Program-made: the position numbers and the translations under genes
Notes under the pieces: model-generated
Databases searched by the model: none
What the model was told of the DNA's origin: nothing
What the model saw: only the letters and a program-made list of their open reading frames with translations
Origin: an uncultured bacterium
Lineage (GTDB): Bacteria > Chloroflexota > UBA5177 > JANWHV01
DNA length: 64,000 nucleotides
NCBI GenBank assembly: GCA_963827235.1
Contig: CAWHAE010000012.1
Location: 864,001 to 928,000, forward strand
Direction of reading: 5' to 3'
Shown: positions 34,401 through 42,645 of the stretch, one piece after another
How the letters are laid out: each line of letters starts with the position of its first letter
Numbering within the stretch: the stretch's first letter is position 1

Positions 34401-34599
34401 ACGCCCACTCCTGAGCGCCTCCCCATTGGCTTCCCGGCCCAACCGGCAGCCAGTCCGCCTCCTGCGCCGCCTCGACCTCGATCCCGTTGTTGCGGCCGGG
34501 CCGCATGATCAGACGCTCCAGTGGCAGTGACGCACGCACGATTGCTCGCTGCTGCTCCTTCACGCGCGCACGGAGGCGTGACTCCTGCGGCCTGCTCAT
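31417..34599 (-). CDS. Alpha-mannosidase, glycoside hydrolase family 38
   Basis: GHAHIDTAWMWP, WVEADCNL, LWLPDVFG, GFGDGGGGPT, GELYFELHRGTYTS, NQFHDILPGS, RFEVCAHRWADL. Confidence 0.97.
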   Translation of the reverse strand: MSRPQESRLRARVKEQQRAIVRASLPLERLIMRPGRNNGIEVEAAQEADWLPVGPGSQWGGAQEWAWFRAWFRVPPSWSGQKVRLSLPLGGQGMAYLDGRPWQGLDENHRTIVLPAECCDGVSRLAAIEAYASPVTTIARKPSDAFTVGDCRLELIDADAEALYYDLAVGVEALAVLPDAAVERAALLALLLEAENMVNRLEPTSEEFRQSAARARTHLSAGLATLARGLAGSRPAVDAVGHAHIDTAWMWPISQTRRKIARSWSTVLRLMERYPDYRFLCSQPQQYRWLEEDEPELYHQIEKRAAEGRWEPAGAMWVEADCNLTSGESLVRQFLYGQRFMRQRFGKICRYLWLPDVFGFTGSLPQLMRSAGVQAMVTIKLSWNATNRMPHDAFRWRGIDGTEVLGYFMTAGADWDPLDYQRDPYPVKRGQATYNGDFSVKEMLGSWIRFRDKAASTQTLYAFGFGDGGGGPTEQMLEYATRLRDYPGLPRVSQSSVDAYLAGLGERVLGDPRSPVWEGELYFELHRGTYTSQARAKWNNRRVEHLLHDAELWCAWAATYDRDATSRQERLTACWEDALLNQFHDILPGSSIGEVYEDERRQHAAILATAGGVLAEAQDVVARQVQSERPAIAVFNASPFPRNETLELRLPASVPADAALATADGRPLASQVVTWPERGVLVSGLTVPPLGYALVFTGGSAPAAPSELAVSERVLENRYFRLELDDRGRFASLVDKRFGREVLAPGGGNRLLAFEDKPLANDAWDIDEFYVDKCVEIDSVHSWQVVEEGPVRAGIEIARHFGHSTIRQRILLHAGTPRVDILTTIDWHQRQVLLKAAFPLAVHAVAATYECAFGFVQRQVHRNTSWDAARFEVCAHRWADLSEGGYGVSLLNDGKYGHECLGNVLSLTLLKSGIEPDPMADEGTQSFSYALLPHGPDWSIENTVQAAVAFNMPARARAVPGSGSKLSAQASFVSSDRAHAVVDTVKPAEDGNGTIVRVYDCANRRGTVTLTFAQPIEKASAVTILEEPDGAAGPLHVDGRSLVFEILPFQVRSFRVGIQP

Positions 34600-35600
34600 T
34601 GCAGCACCCGCCGGTGCACGGAGTCGATCACCGCCTGCGAGGAGCTTATCGGGATCGAGCAGTTGCCGGTCAGAATCAGGCCGCGATTTCGCGCTTGCTC
34701 TGCCGCGGTCGACACCTGCTCCAGGGCAAGCGAGTCATCGGCGGCGGCAAGCGCCTCATTGGAGAGCCCGCCGGCCACGGCGCGATCGCGGACGGTGTCG
34801 GCCAGATCGCCCAGGCTCGGATTGCCTTCCTCGGTGGCAGCCCAGTTGAGAATATGACACGGGTAGTCGACCAGCCGCCGAACCATGCTGTTCTTGCGGC
34901 AGACGTGCACGACGTTGACCCGCGCCTCGGCGGCCGCGGCCAGCACGCGCAGGTCGTATGGCCGACCGAAGGTCTCGTACTCGGCGTCGGTCAGGGTATC
35001 GTAGGTGGCCCAGGCCCCGGTTGCGAAGAAGATGCCGCTCGCTCCGGCGTTGAGCACCTCGTGCACGAAGGCGATAAAGGTCTCGGTAATCGCTTCGAGC
35101 GCGCCGTGCACCGCGGTCGGGTGCTCCCGCAGGTGCTGCCGCAGGAGGGCGGTGCCGGTGCCGGTCAGGTAGCCGGCCACGCAGATGGGACAGAACACCG
35201 TCTCCACGAAAGGAACGGCGCCGCGCAGCCCACGCCGGATCTCGCTCAGCGCCCGCAGCTGCTCGTCGAACGGCGGCGCGCCGGGCGATCGCGCCTCGAC
35301 ATTCTGCCAGTCTCCCGGAGACGTGACCACGGCTCGCTCGAGGACTGGCTTCACGTCCGGCAGGCCGGAATAGCGGTAGCGGTTGCCCCAGACCTCGGCA
35401 TGGTATTGTGCTCGCGGATTGACCTTGAGCAGGTCGAAGTCGTTCCGCGCCTGCCAATCGAGCATGGCTCGCGCCAGGTCCGCGGCCGAGGTCTCCCGGT
35501 CGTAGAAGTGGCGCCAGAGCGCCCAGGGAATACGGTCGGTCGGCTGTTGGCGGACGCTGGCTTCAAGCCGTTCCCACTTATCCATATGTCCTTGAGACAT
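34596..35600 (-). CDS. Uroporphyrinogen decarboxylase / MtaA-CmuA fold protein (not canonical HemE)
   Basis: TDRIPWALWRHF, PFVETVFCP, GASGIFFA, YETFGRPYD, VVHVC, LILTGNCSI; lacks HemE MRQAGR; ATGA overlap with GH38. Confidence 0.8.
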   Translation of the reverse strand: MSQGHMDKWERLEASVRQQPTDRIPWALWRHFYDRETSAADLARAMLDWQARNDFDLLKVNPRAQYHAEVWGNRYRYSGLPDVKPVLERAVVTSPGDWQNVEARSPGAPPFDEQLRALSEIRRGLRGAVPFVETVFCPICVAGYLTGTGTALLRQHLREHPTAVHGALEAITETFIAFVHEVLNAGASGIFFATGAWATYDTLTDAEYETFGRPYDLRVLAAAAEARVNVVHVCRKNSMVRRLVDYPCHILNWAATEEGNPSLGDLADTVRDRAVAGGLSNEALAAADDSLALEQVSTAAEQARNRGLILTGNCSIPISSSQAVIDSVHRRVLQ

Positions 35601-35804
35601 TCCCAGCTCCTCTCGATCGCTTGGCCGGTTTGCGGCAACCGGGTCCCACCATGCAAGTAGTCGTCTGGTTGACGTGGCTGCAGAACACTTCTGGGCTCAG
35701 ACTGCCGGCGGCGTCTCGCGTGCACCCGGCGGGGGCGTAGCGGACGAATGCAACGCGCCTCAGCCGTATTCGACGAAAGCCCGGCTGCACGAGTGCCTGC
35801 TCTC

Positions 35805-36047
35805 TCAGCACGGTGGCTTTGCGCCTACGAGCCACGGCCAGCGGCGCCAAAAGGCGAGAATCATTCGCCGCAACGTCGCCGGCTTCATAAGGGCAAACGT
35901 GCTCCAGGAGAGCATAATCAAACTGATCAGACCGTTGATGCTGACCAGACGCTCGGCGACAAGGCTGGGCTGCGACGTGTGCTCTGCCCCTGCGATGCCG
36001 CCCGTGTTCGGGTCAACTTGCGACGTCGTGCTGCCGGTGTCACCCAT
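35805..36047 (-). CDS. Possible small single-TM protein (80 aa)
   Basis: MGDTGST... with hydrophobic LVSINGLISLIMLSWSTFALM followed by a basic/Trp-rich tail; fills an otherwise empty gap. Confidence 0.3.
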   Translation of the reverse strand: MGDTGSTTSQVDPNTGGIAGAEHTSQPSLVAERLVSINGLISLIMLSWSTFALMKPATLRRMILAFWRRWPWLVGAKPPC

Positions 36048-36154
36048 GGCTTGAGCATAGCCACGTGACGGTATCCGGGGCAAGCTGAACGTGGTTCCGG
36101 CGCCCATCGCGGCGGATACGGCGCAACCGCCGGGGCAACCCGGTATGATCAACG

Positions 36155-37021
36155 GTGAATACCGGTTCCGACGCGCGTGCCGCCATCGCCGCGAATGGCG
36201 CGGCGGGACGCCATGGCACACGTGAAAGCAGCCCCATCGTGTTGAGAACAGTCTCGGCCGTCCGCTACCTCGCCCCGTTGCGCGAAGGCGGCTCCCTGCC
36301 GGCGGTCGTGGAGGCCGACGACGGCGAGTTGTACGTGCTGAAGTTCCGCGGCGCCGGGCAGGGGCAGCGAGCGCTGATCGCCGAGATGATGGCAGGCGAG
36401 ATCGGCAGGCTGCTGGGCTTGAGCGTGCCCGAAATCGTGCTGGTGGAGCTCGATCCGGCGTTTGGCCGCTCCGAGCCCGATCCCGAGATCCACGACCTGA
36501 TCGCGGCAAGCACTGGTCTGAATCTGGGGCTCCGCTACCTGGCGGGCGCGCTGGCTTTCGACCCGGTCCTCACACCGTCGCCGTCTCCCGACGTGGCGTC
36601 GGCGATCGTGTGGTTCGACGCCTTCGTCACCAACGTTGATCGCACGGCGCGCAACACCAACATGCTCCTCTGGCAGGATCAGCTCTGGCTGATCGATCAC
36701 GGTGCCTCGCTGTATTTTCATCACTCCTGGGACGGCTACCTGGAGCGGAGCGCCTCGCCCTTCCCGTATATCAAGGATCACGTACTGCTGCGAGAGGCGG
36801 CGCTGCTCGGGGACGTCGACGCGCCTCTCGCCGCCAGGCTGGAAGCACCGGCGCTCCGCCGGATAGTGGATGCTGTTCCCGCGCAGTGGCTGGCCGACGA
36901 GCCCTCGTTTCGCTCACCGGGTGAACACCGAGATGCCTACCTGGAGTTTCTCAACGCCCGGCTGCAGTCGCCGCGAGCGTTCGTGGGGGAGGCAATCAAT
37001 GCCCACCGCGCACTCCTATGA
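36155..37021 (+). CDS. HipA-like kinase (HipA_2 type); real start possibly 36239
   Basis: PLREGGSLP, YVLKFRGAGQG, LIAE, WFDAFVTNVDRTARNTNML, WLIDHG. Confidence 0.9.
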   Translation: MNTGSDARAAIAANGAAGRHGTRESSPIVLRTVSAVRYLAPLREGGSLPAVVEADDGELYVLKFRGAGQGQRALIAEMMAGEIGRLLGLSVPEIVLVELDPAFGRSEPDPEIHDLIAASTGLNLGLRYLAGALAFDPVLTPSPSPDVASAIVWFDAFVTNVDRTARNTNMLLWQDQLWLIDHGASLYFHHSWDGYLERSASPFPYIKDHVLLREAALLGDVDAPLAARLEAPALRRIVDAVPAQWLADEPSFRSPGEHRDAYLEFLNARLQSPRAFVGEAINAHRALL

Positions 37022-37391
37022 CTACGCCGTACTACGAGTGGTGCCTCGCGTGGAGCGGTGCGAGTTCATCAACGCGGGCGTCATTCTGTTCTGCCGCGTG
37101 CGGCGATTCCTGGGCGCCTCCGTCGAGCTCGATCGCGAGCGACTTCGCGCGCTCGCTCCCTGCGTCGACGCCGAGCAGGTGGAAAAGCACCTGTCTGCGG
37201 TCTCCCTGGTGTGCGCCGGGGGCCGGGCCGCCGGCCCGATCGGCATGCTCGGCATGGCGGAGCGCTTCCACTGGCTGGTGTCACCGCGAAGCACGCTGGT
37301 CCAGCCATCGCCCGTGCACTGCGGTATGTGCGACGATCCGGCAAGGGAGCTGGAGCACCTGCTGGACACGATGGTGCGCCGCTTGGAGTAG
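36999..37391 (+). CDS. DUF3037 protein, the usual partner of HipA_2 kinases
   Basis: YDYAVLRVVPRVERCEFINAGVILFC, ERFHWLVSPRST, PVHCG; overlaps the kinase stop. Confidence 0.92.
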   Translation: MPTAHSYDYAVLRVVPRVERCEFINAGVILFCRVRRFLGASVELDRERLRALAPCVDAEQVEKHLSAVSLVCAGGRAAGPIGMLGMAERFHWLVSPRSTLVQPSPVHCGMCDDPARELEHLLDTMVRRLE

Positions 37392-37420
37392 TCACGCTCA
37401 GCCGGTATCATCCTGGCGAG

Positions 37421-39055
37421 ATGCAAGTCAGCACACCAGGCCGACCAACTTCCACCGCGGCCGGCGCCAGGAAGGCGTGGCGGAGATACGTCTCCCTGCC
37501 GGCGGCGACCGTGCTGATGATCGCCTTTCTGTTGAGCCGCGTGCTCGGCATGCTGCGCCAGGTGCTCTTTGCCGCGTTGATCGGCACCCACACCACGGGC
37601 GCCAGCGCCTATGTGACGGCCTTTCGCGCTCCGGACTTCGTGTTCAACCTGGTCTCCGGGGGCGCCTTCGCCTCGGCCTTCATTCCCACTTTTGCCGGTT
37701 ACCTGGCCAGGAACTCGGAGGACGAGGAAGCCGAGGGCTGGCGCGTGGCCAGCACCGTGTTTTACCTGACCATCGTCGTGCTGCTGCCGGCGCTGGTGCT
37801 GGCGATCATCCTGGCGCCGCGCTACGTGCCGCAGATTGCCGGGCCCCAGCACCCGGGTTTGGTTGCCGCCACGATTCCGCTCACGCGGATCATGCTGCTG
37901 CAGCCCCTGTTCATGGCACTGATCACCATCTGCCAGGGGGTATCGAATTCCTATCTTCGATTCACGGTGCCCGCGCTGGCGCCCCTCGTGTACAACAGCA
38001 GCATCATCGTGGGCATCTTGATCGGTCATTTCACCGGAGTAACGGCCATTGCCTGGTCGGTGACCCTCGGCGCGGCCCTGCAGCTTGGGTTGCAGCTTCC
38101 GTTTCTGCCCTATGGCAGCCGCCTGCTCCACCTCACGATCAGTCTCGGATCCGCCGGCGTGCACGAGATCGGCCGCCTGATGGTGCCTCGCCTGTTTGGC
38201 CAGGCCGGCATACAGGCGACGTTCATCGTGACCACCTACCTGGCAAACAGAGTACAGGGACCGAATCCCAATCCCGCGCTCACTTATGGCTGGACGCTGA
38301 TTCTGCTGCCGGTCGGCATCTTCGCCGCCGCTCTGGGCCAGACGGCTTTCCCGGTGATGTCCAAGCAGGCGGCAGCGGGAGACATGCGAGGCTTCGCACA
38401 CACGGTGAGCCAGACGATCCGCATGGTGTTCTTTCTGACCGTGCCCGCCGCCGCGGGCCTGATCATCCTGGCGCCGCGGGTGGTACGCGTGCTCTTCGCT
38501 TACGGCACCAGCAACGACAGCGTGGATATCCAGCTCATCACCCTGGCCACGGTGTACTACGCGGTGGGCATCCCGGGTCACTCCCTGGCCGAGGTGCTTC
38601 CGCGGGCGTTCTTCTCCATTCGCAACACGGTGACGCCCGTCCTGGTCGTCGTTTGGACGCTCTCGATGGCCATTCTCGTCAGTGTCGTATCCGTCAAGGT
38701 GCTCAGCCCGGAGCATGCGGTGGCCGGTCTAGCCTTCGCCATATCCATCGCCGTGCTGGCGGAAGCGGTCAACCTCATCGTCGCCCTGCATCGGGCGGTG
38801 CCGCAGTTCACCCTAGGCCCGCTCGGCTGGGCCCTGGCGCGCACCAACGTCGCCACCGGCGTGATGCTACTGGGAGTCGCCCTGACCGCGGATCGACTCA
38901 TTCACGCGATCAATCCCAGCCGGTTTGGATCATTTGTCACGCTGCTCATCTGCGTGCCACTCGGAGCAGCGCTCTATCTCGCCGCCTCGCTCCTGCTGCG
39001 CGTCCCCGAAGCGTACAGCATCGTCGCGCGCCTGCGCGGCAGGGTGGGTCGCTGA
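37421..39055 (+). CDS. murJ: Lipid II flippase MurJ/MviN
   Basis: LSRVLGMLRQ, AFRAPDFVF, GAFASAFIP, LAPLVYN, LPVGIF, RAFFS...TPV; many TM helices. Confidence 0.93.
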   Translation: MQVSTPGRPTSTAAGARKAWRRYVSLPAATVLMIAFLLSRVLGMLRQVLFAALIGTHTTGASAYVTAFRAPDFVFNLVSGGAFASAFIPTFAGYLARNSEDEEAEGWRVASTVFYLTIVVLLPALVLAIILAPRYVPQIAGPQHPGLVAATIPLTRIMLLQPLFMALITICQGVSNSYLRFTVPALAPLVYNSSIIVGILIGHFTGVTAIAWSVTLGAALQLGLQLPFLPYGSRLLHLTISLGSAGVHEIGRLMVPRLFGQAGIQATFIVTTYLANRVQGPNPNPALTYGWTLILLPVGIFAAALGQTAFPVMSKQAAAGDMRGFAHTVSQTIRMVFFLTVPAAAGLIILAPRVVRVLFAYGTSNDSVDIQLITLATVYYAVGIPGHSLAEVLPRAFFSIRNTVTPVLVVVWTLSMAILVSVVSVKVLSPEHAVAGLAFAISIAVLAEAVNLIVALHRAVPQFTLGPLGWALARTNVATGVMLLGVALTADRLIHAINPSRFGSFVTLLICVPLGAALYLAASLLLRVPEAYSIVARLRGRVGR

Positions 39056-39092
39056 GGAACCGTACCCGGCCGCGGCCAAGGTACCGTTCCTC
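39054..39092. terminator. Hairpin between convergent murJ and GH3 genes
   Basis: GAGGAAC-C-GTACC ... GGTAC-C-GTTCCTC. Confidence 0.5.
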
Positions 39093-39161
39093 CATATGGA
39101 AAGACCGGTTCCACTGGGCAATCGTATGAGCGTGCTCGGCGTTTGTCCTGACGAGCACCGC

Positions 39162-40736
39162 TTATGCCAGTGTGACCGGCAGCCTGCCGCGCGGCACAAC
39201 GTCTCCACGCAGCACGCGAAGCACGGAAAGCAAGGCAGGGTCGCTGGTGCTATAGGAGCAGAGCGTAGCCGTTGCCGCCGCGAAGCGCGACAGCACGTAC
39301 GGCGAGCCGAGGGAGACCACCGTCAGAGGAACGCCGGTTCCCGCGAGCATGGAAGCCAGCTCGGCTAGCTCGGCGCTCACGCCGACCGCGTCGGGATCGA
39401 AGCTCTCCACTCTGTTGAAGTGCAGCAGAGCGGCCCAATGAGCGGCCCGCGCCTGATCGACGGCCTTGCGCACCTGAGACGCGTCCGGCGTGGGATCGAC
39501 CATCAACACCTCGGCGTTTTCCCAGCCGATCCCGGCAAGCGCGCCGCGGAGCTGAGCATCCACGGACGGGCCGAAGCGTCGGGCCATGCGCGTGGCAATG
39601 ATCAGCGGGCGCTGCGGCAGCGACGCCAGGCCGCCTCCCACCAGGGTCGTGGCAGCGCTCGCTATGCGCTCCGCGACGGCGCGATGGGCTTCGACGGCGA
39701 TCGCGCGACGCAGCATGCCGAGATCGCGTGAGGCCGGACGATTGAGCGACTCGCCGAAGATGCGGGCCTTGGCAGAGAGCACCCGTGCGGCCGACTGGCT
39801 GACGCGCCGCTCGGCCAGCGCTCCGTCTCGCAGCGCCGCTTTGATGGCGTCGTAGGCGAGCTCCCAGACATGAGTGAGCAGCAGGTCGACGCCGGCGTCG
39901 ACGGCTCGCACGTGCGACACGCGAGGCTCGTAGTTGTGTGCAATGGCATGCATGTTCATGCAATCGGTTACCACGACGCCCCGGAAGCCCATACGTTCGC
40001 GCAGCAGATCCGTCAGTATGGGCTTCGAGAGCGTGGCAGGAACGTCGGGCTCCGGGTCGAGCGCGGGATAAGCAACGTGCGCCGTCATCAGCATGGCCAC
40101 GCCGGCGTCGATGGCATCTGCGAACGGCGGGAGCTCGACCGCCTCCAGCCGCTCCCGCGGCCGGCACACCGCGGCCAGCCTGAGATGCGAGTCCTCCACC
40201 GTGTCGCCATGGCCGGGAAAGTGCTTGCCGATGGCAAGAACGTCTTGCCGGCCGTCGACCGGCGCCTGCAGCCCTTCGATGAAGGCTCGCCCGTGCTCTC
40301 CCACCAGCTGCGGCGATGCCCCAAACGATCGCGTGTTGATGATCGGGTTGGCGGGATTGACGTTCACGTCCAGAACCGGCGCCGCCACGACGTTGATGCC
40401 GCAAGCACGGGCCTCGGCGGCCGTCACCTCGGCGGCGGCTCGTGTGAGATCCAGGTCGGCGGCAGCACCGAGAGCCATGGCAGTCGGCAGATAGGTAGCT
40501 CCGCCCATGACCAGACCCAGCCCTGCCTCGGCATCCACGCCGATGAGCAGCGGCACCTTTGCCGCGGCCTGCGCCCTGTTGACGAGCTCGGCGGCTTCCT
40601 CGGGCGAATGCATCTGTGTGGGCAGCAGCCAGATGCCGCCTATCCGCCCGGCGCGAGCAGCCCGTTCGGCCGAGGCAAACTCCTCCATCGTGGTGACGAA
40701 TGCCCAGAGCAGCTGGCCTATCTCATCCTCGATCAT
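39162..40736 (-). CDS. GH3 beta-N-acetylhexosaminidase (NagZ-like, two-domain)
   Basis: GVDAEAG, APVLDVN, NPIINTRSFG, KHFPGHGDTVEDSH (His/Asp dyad), VVTDCMNM. Confidence 0.92.
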   Translation of the reverse strand: MIEDEIGQLLWAFVTTMEEFASAERAARAGRIGGIWLLPTQMHSPEEAAELVNRAQAAAKVPLLIGVDAEAGLGLVMGGATYLPTAMALGAAADLDLTRAAAEVTAAEARACGINVVAAPVLDVNVNPANPIINTRSFGASPQLVGEHGRAFIEGLQAPVDGRQDVLAIGKHFPGHGDTVEDSHLRLAAVCRPRERLEAVELPPFADAIDAGVAMLMTAHVAYPALDPEPDVPATLSKPILTDLLRERMGFRGVVVTDCMNMHAIAHNYEPRVSHVRAVDAGVDLLLTHVWELAYDAIKAALRDGALAERRVSQSAARVLSAKARIFGESLNRPASRDLGMLRRAIAVEAHRAVAERIASAATTLVGGGLASLPQRPLIIATRMARRFGPSVDAQLRGALAGIGWENAEVLMVDPTPDASQVRKAVDQARAAHWAALLHFNRVESFDPDAVGVSAELAELASMLAGTGVPLTVVSLGSPYVLSRFAAATATLCSYSTSDPALLSVLRVLRGDVVPRGRLPVTLA

Positions 40737-40778
40737 CGATTCTCTCCCAACTTGCTGAGCCGGACGCCGCAAGGGCGT

Positions 40779-41843
40779 TCAATAGGTCAGGAACGACGTG
40801 CCGCGAGGAGGAGCCGTGGAGTCGCGCACCACGAGCCTGGTCGACAGCTCGACGCGGTGGGCATTCAAGGGCTGGCCCTTCAGCAGCCGGTACAGAACGT
40901 CGATGCCCAGCCTGCCGATACCCCTGAAGGGCTGCTGGACCGTGGTCAAGGCAGGTGTGACCAGCGCGGCCAGCTCGATGTCGCCGAATCCGACCACGGA
41001 GAGATCGTTGGGCACACTCAGCCTGTGCTCGCGTGCCGCGCGCATGACGCCCAGAGCAAGGTGATCGCCCATCGCCACGATCGCGGTCGGCGAGTGGGCG
41101 CGAGAGAGCAACGCCTCCGCCGCTTCGCAGCCGCCCATGATGCTCATCTCGGCCGCGTGGACCAGCCCGGGTACCAGGGGAAGTCCGGCGGCGAGCAGGG
41201 CGGCCTGGTATCCGGCCAGGCGATCGATGCTGGCGCTCCAGGACTCGGGACCGGTGATCACGCCGATATGCGTGTGGCCCAGGCTGATCAGATGCTCGGT
41301 AGCCGTCTTGGCACCGGCCCAGTTGGCGGACGCCACGACGGCGACCGTGTCGGGAACCGGCAGCACGGGGTCGATCACCACGAAGGGGTAATTGCTGGCC
41401 TGGAGGGCGGCGAGCTCCGTGCCCGACTCGGGCGGTGAGATCAGCACAGCGCCGTCGGTGGCGCCCTGCATCAATCGCTCGCGCAGTGCCGCCGCGGGCA
41501 GCGGCGACGCATCCGCCTGGCAGATGAGCAGCCTCGCGTCGTGATCCGCCAGACCCTCGATGGCGCCGGAAATGATCTCGGTGACGGCATCGCCATGAAT
41601 CTGCTGCACGGAGAGCGCGATGAGGCCGGTCTCATAGCTGGCGCGCGCGATACGGTTGCTGACGTAGCCGGCGTCTCGCACGTGCTGGAGCACGGCGGCC
41701 CGCGTGGCGGCGGAGACATCCGGCCGGCCGTTGAGCACACGCGACACCGTGGCCATGGACACTCCGGCCCGCTCCGCGATATCGCGAATGGCTGCGCGCG
41801 AGCCGGAGCTTCGCAGACGCTCCACGTCGGTGGCACCGGTCAT
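40779..41843 (-). CDS. LacI family transcriptional regulator
   Basis: IRDIAERAGVSMATVSRVLN HTH, HLISLGH, VPNDLSVVGF, PALTTVQQP, LVVRDST. Confidence 0.96.
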   Translation of the reverse strand: MTGATDVERLRSSGSRAAIRDIAERAGVSMATVSRVLNGRPDVSAATRAAVLQHVRDAGYVSNRIARASYETGLIALSVQQIHGDAVTEIISGAIEGLADHDARLLICQADASPLPAAALRERLMQGATDGAVLISPPESGTELAALQASNYPFVVIDPVLPVPDTVAVVASANWAGAKTATEHLISLGHTHIGVITGPESWSASIDRLAGYQAALLAAGLPLVPGLVHAAEMSIMGGCEAAEALLSRAHSPTAIVAMGDHLALGVMRAAREHRLSVPNDLSVVGFGDIELAALVTPALTTVQQPFRGIGRLGIDVLYRLLKGQPLNAHRVELSTRLVVRDSTAPPRGTSFLTY

Positions 41844-41984
41844 CTCTACACTCCCGACCCCCAGAACGGCAATCACATCTCGCTGCCTACCGGCAGGTAG
41901 AGCCCATCCGCGGCGCTGACCGGGCCCCGACCGTTGCAGCCGGCTTCGGAGAGATCTGAAAACTATTCCGGTATTTCTTGCCAA

Positions 41985-42013
41985 ATACTAGCGCACCGTG
42001 CGACCGTTGTCAA
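41985..42013 (-). promoter_or_regulatory. Sigma70 promoter for lacI-GH3: TTGACA-N17-TAGTAT
   Basis: Minus-strand -35 at 42008-42013 and -10 at 41985-41990, 17-nt spacer. Confidence 0.8.
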
Positions 42014-42360
42014 ATGCTGGATCCAGGCACCCGGACCGGCGCTTGGTAGCGTGGCCGGCAGCCGCCGGGCACCAGGCTCCTGTCTATTCTAGCGTCTGCT
42101 CGCGACCGTACGCGGCGCAGGCTCCGATCGCGGTTTCGTGCTCAAACCGCGGGCCCGGCGCCGCGCGCTGACTTCTCAGAGGAATCAGACTTGTCCCGAA
42201 CTTACGCGCGACCCGCGGCGATGAGACCGAGCCACGATCACGACGCTACTTCGCCGGCAGCTCGTGTGCGTGCAGCGCAGATCGCCGTGCCCGTCTCGGG
42301 CGCTCCCCGGGAGTGCGCCCCCGATCGGCGGAAATCTTCTCGGAAACCTCTGCCAATCCG

Positions 42361-42389
42361 TTGACATGGAGCAGTTTCTGTGCTACTGT
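42361..42389 (+). promoter_or_regulatory. Sigma70 promoter for the ABC operon: TTGACA-N17-TACTGT with extended TG
   Basis: -35 at 42361-42366, -10 at 42384-42389, TG at 42381. Confidence 0.82.
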
Positions 42390-42645
42390 CCGTAAAGAAA
42401 ACCGGAAATCATTGGCGGAGGATTTGCAGTCCCGGTTGGCACGCGCCGCTCGAAGGCCGGGTAGCGGCCGCGCGCCAGATCGCAAAGAGGAAGGGAGGGC
42501 ATGCAGGCACCCAGCCAGAGAGCGGTCCGGCTCGCCGGCGTGAATCCGGCATTCTCTCCAGGCCTTTCGGCAGGGAAGGTGCGGGCTTTTCCACGGGCAC
42601 CGCAGCAGACGGCAGCAGCGCCGTCTTGTAAGGAGTAGGGATCAC

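Noticed and set aside
34596-35600. Calling this gene hemE
   Set aside because: Lacks the RQAGR substrate motif and any heme-gene context
35600-35805. TPP or c-di-GMP riboswitch upstream of the URO-D-like gene (GCTGAGAG, GCAAACC fragments)
   Set aside because: Remaining conserved cores are not present in the right order
37018-39129. 703-aa alternative-frame ORF over DUF3037/murJ
   Set aside because: Low-complexity Arg/Pro/Gly translation overlapping two well-supported genes
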